In this document: piece after piece, positions 31,916 through 39,900 of the stretch
How positions within the stretch are numbered: position 1 is the first letter of the stretch
Layout of the letters: each line of letters begins with the position of its first letter
DNA from: Thecamonas trahens ATCC 50062
Lineage: Eukaryota; Protista; Apusomonadida
Direction: 5' to 3'
Assembly: GCF_000142905.1 (NCBI RefSeq)
Contig: NW_013657627.1
Coordinates: 162,204 to 226,203 of the forward strand
Length of the DNA stretch: 64,000 nucleotides
Notes under the pieces: generated by a model
Database searches by the model: none
What the model was told of the DNA's origin: nothing
The model's input: only the letters and a program-made list of their open reading frames with translations
Translations under genes and position numbers: made by a program

Positions 31916-32371
31916 TTGTTTGCCCATGATTCATCTGGCATGAGGGGGGCATGATGGTGCCACTCGTTAGCAGCGTGACCTCGATCGGCGTGATCGCTGT
32001 CAGCCCAGCCCGTGCACGGGCTGCAAGCGAGGAATCGAGCTCTGTCCGGAAACCGGATCCCAAGCCAGCACCTCCCCTACCCCCCCCCCCCCCCCCCCTT
32101 CTCCTAAAAGGCCAACGATCGCGGCAGTGGGCGTCAGGACTCACCATTGGGCCGCGTCATGATGCGCGTCATCATGGCCGCACGCGTCACCGCCAAGTGA
32201 GCCTTGCTCTTTTTCTGGCGAAACACACAATGGAAACCATCGTCCGAGCCAATTGGAGGCCTGAGGCAACCCAAAAAGGTCGTGAAATTGGGGCCCAGCA
32301 GGCGGCTTGCCACGGAAGAGGTCAAGGGCAAACAGATCGCGACAGACTCGACTCGACACTCTTGCAACATC

Positions 32372-34393
32372 ATGGGCGACGACGAGTACTACTACTCTGA
32401 GTACTATTCTGAGAGCTCTGCCTCTCAGGAGCGCGGCAGGCGGAGCCGCAAGCGGAGCGCCAAGGCTGTGCGGTCGGGCCAAACGCGACAGGTCGGACAC
32501 GTGACGGTGGAGATGGACCGCGGATCGGACAAGGTTGCGGCCATGCTTGCGGCGCTGGAGACGACCGAGGCTGAGCTGGACACGTCGCACCTTGAACCGT
32601 GTGCCATGCCCATGGCACTCGAGTTCTCGGACGTACGGTACTCGGTGGACCTTGGCGGCGGGGCGAGCAAGGAGATCCTGCACGGCGTGTCAGGCGCAGT
32701 GTACCCGGGGCAGGTGCTGGCCATTCTCGGCCCGTCTGGCGCAGGCAAGACGACTCTGCTCAAGGTGCTGGCGCAGCGGCTGGTGACGGGCAAGTCGTCA
32801 GGCTCGGTCACCGTCAACGGCGCGCCCATCGACGACAAGGCCAAGCGGTCGATCGGGTATGTGCTGCAGGAGGACCACCTGCTCACCGAGCTGACGGTGC
32901 AGGAGACGCTCGAGTTTGCAGCGCTCATCCGGCTCCCGCGCGAGATGCCCAAGGCCGAGAAGCTCGCGCGGGTCAAGCGGGTCATCAAGGCTTTTGGCCT
33001 CGAGCACGCGAGTAAGACCAAGATCGGCGGCGTTAACTTTGGCGGCTTTACGCCCGGCGTCTCGGGCGGCGAGAAGAAGCGGACCTCGATCGCCAACGAG
33101 ATGCTGTTTGACCCGTCACTGCTCTTCCTCGATGAGCCGACGTCGGGTCTCGACTCGTCGACCGCGCTCAAGATCCTCAAGGAGCTGCGGGTGCTGGCGT
33201 CGTCGGGGCGGACGGTGGTGACCACCATCCACCAGCCTTCGTCGCAAATCTTTTCCGCCTTTGACCTTGTGGCGCTCATGGCCGGCGGCGAGCTGGCGTA
33301 CTTTGGCCCGGCCAAGCGGGTTGTCGAGTACTTTACCTCGATCGGGCTCCGGCCGCCGGCACATTTTAACCCGGCCGACTTTATGCTCGAGGTCGTCTCG
33401 TCACCGATTGTGGCCGACGACTACAACTTTGGCGAGGAGTTTGCCAAGCAGATGGTCAAGTACCGGCCGGAGCGGCCGACGGAGCTGCCGAATGCACCGG
33501 TGGCGGCGCCCGGCACCACGCCGCGGCAGCCCGGCAGCCGCAAGTTTGAGGCCTCGTTCCTCACCCAGGTCCAGCTCCTCACCCTGCGCGCGTTCCGTCA
33601 GGAGCGCGGTGACATCTTCACCAAGCTCAAGACCTTCCAGTACGCCGCCATCACTATCATCACCTCGGTTCTCTGGTACAACATTGCGTACAACGCATCG
33701 ACGATCAACGACCGTGTCGGCCTCATGTTCTTCATTCTCCTCTACCTCTCGTTCGAGTCGCTCTTCCATACCCTCATCATGTTCCCCGCCGAGCGCCCAG
33801 TCTTCTCCAAGGAGCGGCAAGCCGGAGCGTACACGACGCTCGCGTATGTCATCGGCAAGTCGCTTGCCGACATCCCGGTCTCGCTCACGTTCCCCACCGT
33901 CATCGCCTCGGTGGTGTACTGGATGACGGGCCTGCGGCCGGACTTTTTCGCCTTCCTCACCTACCTCATCATCCTCTGGGTCCAGGTCATGTCGGCGCAG
34001 TCGCTCGGCTTGCTCATCGGCGCGGTGATGACGCTCAAGAAGGCGCTAGTCACCGTCGGCGTCGTCCTCCTCGGCATGGTCCTCACCGCAGGCTTCTACG
34101 TTTCCACCGACTCACTCGGCTCGTGGATCAGGTGGATCCGCTACGTCTCGGTCTTCCTCTACGGCTTCCAGGCCATGCTTCTCAACGAGATCAAGGGCGA
34201 GGCGTACCCGTGCTTCACCTCGGATGACATCCCCTACTCGGAGTGCCCCGTCACCGAGTCACAGATTCGCGACTTTTACGGCATCGACATGTCCATCGCC
34301 TCCAACATCTTCATCTCGTTGGCCATTGCCCTCGTCGGCCGCTTTGCTGCCTACTATGGCCTTGTTCTCAACCAGCGCGCCATGGCCGTGTAG
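32372..34393 (+). CDS. ABCG (White-family) half transporter
   Basis: NBD-TMD order; GPSGAGKT, VSGGEKKR, LDEPTSGLD, TIHQP; six-TM ABC2 membrane domain. Confidence 0.95.
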   Translation: MGDDEYYYSEYYSESSASQERGRRSRKRSAKAVRSGQTRQVGHVTVEMDRGSDKVAAMLAALETTEAELDTSHLEPCAMPMALEFSDVRYSVDLGGGASKEILHGVSGAVYPGQVLAILGPSGAGKTTLLKVLAQRLVTGKSSGSVTVNGAPIDDKAKRSIGYVLQEDHLLTELTVQETLEFAALIRLPREMPKAEKLARVKRVIKAFGLEHASKTKIGGVNFGGFTPGVSGGEKKRTSIANEMLFDPSLLFLDEPTSGLDSSTALKILKELRVLASSGRTVVTTIHQPSSQIFSAFDLVALMAGGELAYFGPAKRVVEYFTSIGLRPPAHFNPADFMLEVVSSPIVADDYNFGEEFAKQMVKYRPERPTELPNAPVAAPGTTPRQPGSRKFEASFLTQVQLLTLRAFRQERGDIFTKLKTFQYAAITIITSVLWYNIAYNASTINDRVGLMFFILLYLSFESLFHTLIMFPAERPVFSKERQAGAYTTLAYVIGKSLADIPVSLTFPTVIASVVYWMTGLRPDFFAFLTYLIILWVQVMSAQSLGLLIGAVMTLKKALVTVGVVLLGMVLTAGFYVSTDSLGSWIRWIRYVSVFLYGFQAMLLNEIKGEAYPCFTSDDIPYSECPVTESQIRDFYGIDMSIASNIFISLAIALVGRFAAYYGLVLNQRAMAV

Positions 34394-34739
34394 ATCATCC
34401 CCACACCCTGAGCAAACGCTTTCATTTTGCCCGCCACAAAAGTCCACACGCAACCCATGACCACTCATTGTCCTGCAATGCCACGGTTGTGGTGATGGGT
34501 GGTGATGGGCGTTGGGCGATGGCGGTGGGGCAGTGACTGGAGGCTCCCGGCTGACGGTGCTCCCTCTGGCTCGACCTTGACGCAGCATGGCGCAACGGCC
34601 TGTCGGGCTCGGCGGAACCGTCCACTCCACCCCCCTCCGCCAACCTCTGCCACACCTCCTCGGACAACTGGGCGGGCTAGCGAGTCTGAAGGCGACTGGA
34701 GGAGCTGTGTGCGCAAGGGGCTTACTCATCGAGCAGAGG

Positions 34740-34830
34740 GCGGAGCCGAGCTGGGGCGAGCCAAAGCTGAGCCGAGCTGAGCTTAGCTGAGCCGAGCTGA
34801 GCTGAGTTGGACCGAGTGTGACCGAGCTGG
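34740..34830. repeat. Degenerate pentamer repeat (GAGCT/GAGCC)n
   Basis: GCTGAGCCGAGCTGAGCTTAGCTGAGCCGAGCTGAGCTGAG. Confidence 0.8.
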
Positions 34831-34894
34831 CGGTGGACTGATCGAGCTGCCATTCAAGGCCGAGGCCGAGACCGAGGCCGAGGTACAGATAGCC

Positions 34895-35874
34895 ATGGCG
34901 TCAGAGGGCTCACATCAAGACCGACCGGCATCAGGTCGGGCGGCATCGGGTTGGGCGGCATCGGGTCGGGCGGCATCGGGTCGGGCGGCATCGGGTCGGG
35001 CGGCATCGGACTCGTCGGATCCTGTGCCGGCGTGCGGTACTCGTATCTGGTGACAGGCGCGCTGTCGGCCGGGTGGGCGTCGTTGTTGCTGCAGCCACTG
35101 CTGCAGCCACTGGACGTGATCAAGACTCGGGTGCAGCAGGGCGCGCGGGTGTCGGCTATGGAAGCGGCACGGAGCGTGGTGCGCGACGCCGGATCGGCGC
35201 GCGGGCTGTGGCGAGGGACGGGGGCGACGCTGGCGCGGGCCATGCCGGGCGCAGGGCTGTACTTTTTCGCTCTCCACAACCTGACGCGAGCGTGGCCGCC
35301 ACCGGACGACGCATCGGGCCCGTGGGCGGCGCTGCACGCCACGGCGCTGGCGAGCGGAGCGCGGACAGGCGTGGCGGTGGTGCTCAACCCACTGGCGCTC
35401 GTCAAGACCCGCATCGAGTCGTCGCTCTACCCCGAGTACACGTCGACGGTCTCGGGCCTCCGGGCGCTGATGCGGGCGCATCCGGTCCGGGCGTTTTCCA
35501 TCGGCCTCCCGGCCTCGCTTGCGCGCGACGTTCCGTTCTCGGGCATCTACTACGGGGTCTACTCGCAGCTGCGATCGCTGACAACGGTCGATGGCGAGCG
35601 CCCGGCTTTTGTGCACGCGTTGGGCCTCGGCCTTGCGGCTGCTACCGCTGCCGTCGTCGTCACCCATCCGCAAGATGTGGTGCGGACGCGCGCCCATCTC
35701 GGGCAGTCGTCACGTGAGTTCTTTGTCGGCGGCGGCCTCTCGCTCTCGCAGCGAGTGGCTGCACTTTTCCGCGGCGTCGCCCCGCGCATCTCGCGCAAGA
35801 TCCTCCTCTCAGCTATTGCCTGGGCCTCGTTTGAGCGCATCGAGGCAGCGGTGGACGCAGTGTTTGCTGGATGA
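34895..35874 (+). CDS. SLC25A38: Mitochondrial glycine carrier-like (SLC25A38/Hem25); 5' structure uncertain
   Basis: QPLDVIKTRVQQ, LWRGT..R.MPG.GLYF, LVKTRIES..Y, RDVPFSGIY, THPQDVVRTR, PR..RK. ATG 34895 is out of frame unless 34935..35056 is spliced. Confidence 0.75.
34927..35009. repeat. 15-bp tandem repeat GGCATCGGGTCGGGC, ~5.5 copies
   Basis: Directly visible, with two single-base variants. Confidence 0.9.
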
Positions 35875-35906
35875 GCATGGCACAGGCTGGCAAGGTTCCT
35901 CTCGTT

Positions 35907-36587
35907 TTACGCACTGGCGGCGGCAGCAGCGGCGACGGCAGCGTCGATCTTAGCCTTCTCCTTGTTGAGGATGAGGCGGATGCGGTCGCGGGAGCGGGCG
36001 TTGGGCCCCTGGGCATCGTCTGGAGCGTACGGCGGGGCAATGGTGACGTCATGAATCCTGATGACCTCGCCGTCCCACTTGGCTGGCCCGGTCTTGGCGA
36101 GGACGTTGAAGACGGCCTGCGCGCGCGCCGAGACGCCGACGCCGATCTTGTCTGCTTCCGCGTAGTCTGCCCTCAGAGCTGCGGTCTCCCGCTTGCGGAT
36201 GGTCTCCGGCGGAGTGTGGACGGTGGCCATATGCGCCGCGTGCAGGGCCCCGAGCGAGTCGGCCAGACCCTCTGGCGGCGGAGCGAGGAGGACCATGCTC
36301 GCGATGGCCTCCTCCCGGAGGAGGACGAGCTTGCGCTTGGGGAACCTGCTCGCGTCCTGGAACACCACCATGCCAGACCTCGCATCGTAGGTAAACAGCT
36401 CGCCTGTGAACAGCTCCCCACACACAGGGCGCACCTCAAACGTCGCCCCCACCATGTCCTCCGCCAGCGACATGCCCGTCCCTACGGCCCCCGCCTCGCC
36501 GGCCACCGTCCCGGCACCCCCCTCCCCGCTCGCCTCTTCCCTCGGCCCGCCACCACCCCCAACAACCTCTGTCTCGTCTGCAGACAT
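35907..36587 (-). CDS. LSM12: LSM12-like (Sm-like domain plus anticodon-binding domain)
   Basis: N-terminal Sm-like GELFTYD; IGVGVSARAQAVFNVLAKT..KWDG..I...VTIAPPY anticodon-binding domain. Confidence 0.82.
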   Translation of the reverse strand: MSADETEVVGGGGGPREEASGEGGAGTVAGEAGAVGTGMSLAEDMVGATFEVRPVCGELFTGELFTYDARSGMVVFQDASRFPKRKLVLLREEAIASMVLLAPPPEGLADSLGALHAAHMATVHTPPETIRKRETAALRADYAEADKIGVGVSARAQAVFNVLAKTGPAKWDGEVIRIHDVTIAPPYAPDDAQGPNARSRDRIRLILNKEKAKIDAAVAAAAAASA

Positions 36588-36979
36588 CCACGCGTGTCCG
36601 AAGACCGTCCAGCTGGGAGTGACGTGTGTCTATGCCTGTGCCTGTGCCTGTGCCCATCCGCTTGCTTCTGGGTGCCGCTGTCGGCTGCCGGCCAAACTGC
36701 GACCTTCTGCCAGAGCGACTTCATTCGTCCGCCACTCTGTGGCAAAGAACCCACTCACACAGACCGGAATACGCATGCAATACAAAGACTAACCGCATAC
36801 CCATGTTTCTGACAAACCCTTCTACATGCCAACCCAATTTCCTGCTCATCGACGTGTACATGCTTCTGTTTTGCCTGTGCAAGTGGTCGGCGTCGCGCCG
36901 CAGTGGAGCTGGCGAAACTCACCGATCAGGCTGCGATCAGGCGAGATCAAGGCTCTGCGGGTAGCCACGACAGGTGTGG

Positions 36980-39900
36980 ATGGATGGTATGGGCATGGGG
37001 ATGGAGACACATTCGTCTCTCCCTCACATGCAGACATCGCGTAGAGGCAAGAGGGTGCGTCAGAGGCGAGGCGGGGGAAGAACGCAGAATGACTCGGGCT
37101 CGTCGACAGGAAGCTGGAGCAGGTCAGGTACGGAGACCGAGGGAGCGGACGAGGCCGACGGGGCAAGGGGCACAGGCTCCGACTCGGCTGCATCGTATCC
37201 GTACTCGGAGACAAGCTCGGCACGTGGAGGAGGCGGGGCTCCGGCTAGTGCTGGTGCTGGTGCTGGTGCTGGTGCTGGTGCTGGTGCTGGTGCTCGGCTG
37301 ACCGACGGCGACAACACGCTCACCTCGGACGGGTCGTCGCTGATGGCGATGACCGTGACCGACTCGTCGACGTACACCCTCACCGAACCGCTCTCGATCT
37401 CGGCGCTTGTGTCGCCGATGGCGATCTCTGCAGCGTCGCGGTCTGGCCCGAACGAGAGCGGGCCGATGTTCGCGTCGTCGGCTGCGGGAGCGGCAGGGAT
37501 TGGGGCAGAGATCACGGCAAGCTCGTCGTTTGTCCTTGACTCGCCCGCAGGCACGCCGCTGGCCGGCCTGAATGAGATCCCGGCGACCGAGTTTGAGTTG
37601 ACGTCTCTGCTTGGCGCCGGCGCGTTTGGACAAGTCTGGGCCGGGAGCTGGGGTGGGACCGACATTGCAGCCAAGAAGCTGAGCCTGCCAGCGGGCGCCA
37701 AGGCGAGCGTGGCCTCGCCGTTTGTGCTGGCGCGGACACTCTTGGCCGAGTCGCGGATCCTGGCGCAGATCTCGCATCCCAACTGCCTGCAACTGCTAGG
37801 CGTATGCCTCGATGACGAGTGCGTGTGCATGGTGACCGAGCTGATGCATGGCGGCGACTTGCACACGGCGCTGTTCAAGTCGTCGGACCGAGTCATCTCG
37901 CTCGCCGACGCGCTGTTCATTGTGACCGAGATCGCGCAGGGCCTCGAGTACCTCCATCGCAAGGGCGTGGTCCACGCCGACGTCAAGCCTCTTAACATCC
38001 TGCTCGACCGCAACATGCGGGTGGTCAAGGTCGCCGACTTTGGCCTTTCGCGACTGGTACATCTTGCGCGGCCGGCCGGGGTGCAAGGCACCATCTCATA
38101 CATGGCTCCTGAGCTGCTGGACGGCAACGCGACGCCGCAGCCAGAGTCTGATGTTTTTGCCTTTGGTGTGCTGACCTGGGAGGTTTTTGCGCGCACGCGC
38201 GCGTTTGTCGGCGTCGATCGGCGTACCAACTGGTACGCACCACTCAGGCCCATCACTGACGCAGTTGCGCTCCCTGTCGAGCTGGCTGCCAAGCTCGAGG
38301 ATCTTCTTAGCGCGTGCACTGCCGCAGATCCCAGTGTGCGGCCGACGATGGCGAGCGTGACCGCGGCGCTCAAGGCCTGTGGCGAGCTTGTTACCATCGG
38401 GCACGTCTTTCCGTCTGTCCCGTCAATGCCAGCCATCCATGTGAAGCGGATGGACGAGATGCAGACGGCGACAGCAGTGTTGATGAACCCGGACACCCGG
38501 GCGCTGGTGATTTACGGCTCGTTTGGGGCTGGCAAGTCTGTGCTCGCGTGCGACGTTGTTCGGCAAGCCGAGGTGCGGCGGGCGTTCCCGGACGGCATTC
38601 ACTGGATCCACCTAGGTGCACATCCCGCGATCGAGGCGCTTCAGCTCTCTCTTCTTCACGAGCTGGGAGTGACGCGAGTTGCGGCGGTGGCGTCGGTACC
38701 CGAGGGCCGGGCCAAGTTGGCGGCAGCGTTTGGTGCGTCGGCCTCGCTTCGCAAGCTTGTGGTACTCGATGGCGTGCACCATCTCCGGCACGTGGCGGCG
38801 TTTGATGTGCTCAATGCCGACTCGCGGCTGATGCTCACTACTTCGGTCCGTGCGCTCTGGCCTGCGCCGGGCGTGGCGAGCTACACGCTGTCACCATATA
38901 CGACTGCGGGCGCTCTGGAATTGCTGGCGGCGGCAGCGCGGTGCGAGACCAGCGACCTGCCGCAGCCGCTGGCGACCGAGCTTGTTGACGCGGCAGCGCG
39001 GCTTCCGCTGGCTGTGGTTATGATCGGCTCTGTGGTGCGGCGGCGACAGGCAGCCGCGGATGCGTGGGCCGAGGTGGCAGCGTCGTTTGTTTCGTCGACA
39101 GCGTCGGCGCTGAGCTCCGAGCTCTCACTGCTGTACTCGTCAGTGGCGCTCTCGGTTGCCGCGGTTGGCCCGCTCCGACATCGTTTCCACGATCTGGTCG
39201 TCTTTGCGCGGCTCGGGCAACGTGTGCCGCGGCGGCCGCTGCTCGCTCTCTGGTCCAGGCTCGCCGAGCCGTTCAACGAGGCCGACCTCGGGTTTGTTGT
39301 CCACACGCTTGCAGATCACTCGCTTGTCGAGCTCGAGCCACAGACTGGGACCATTGCGCTCCCCGAGCTGCAGACGGCGTACCTGGAGGCGCACGTGAGC
39401 GGCATGGCGGCGGCGCGAGCTCACGATACGCTCCTTGCGGCTTATGCGGGGATGAGCTCGGCCGCCGAGCTTGCGGCGACGGATGCCGGGCTTCCGTGGT
39501 GGCACTTTGCGCCTGAAGAGCCGAGCGCAGAGCGGAGCTTTTACTTTGGGTCTCTGGTGCACCATCTTGTGCGGTCAACGCGCGGGCACGAACGTGTAGT
39601 AGCGCTTTTGGTCTCGTTCGAGTGGGTTGTGGCGCAGATTGAGGCCAACTCGCTGACGGCGCTGCTACTGGACCTGCAAGTTGGAGTGGATGCTACGGCG
39701 GGAAAGGAGGCATGCAAGTCGCTAGAGGCGCTTGCGATTGCGCTTGCACACTCTGCACCGGCGCTACGGTCCGAGGCGTTTGGCAGGACGGTGGCGGAGC
39801 AAGTGTACTCGCGGCTGGTCGGCGTGAGTGATCCGCTGCTTGCGCCGCTGGTGGCTGCTGCGCGAGCAGCGTCGCAAGTTGAGCTTGTTGCCGGCGAGCT

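Noticed and set aside
34740-34830. GAGCT pentamers resembling immunoglobulin switch regions
   Set aside because: Short simple repeat with no relevant context; the similarity is coincidental.
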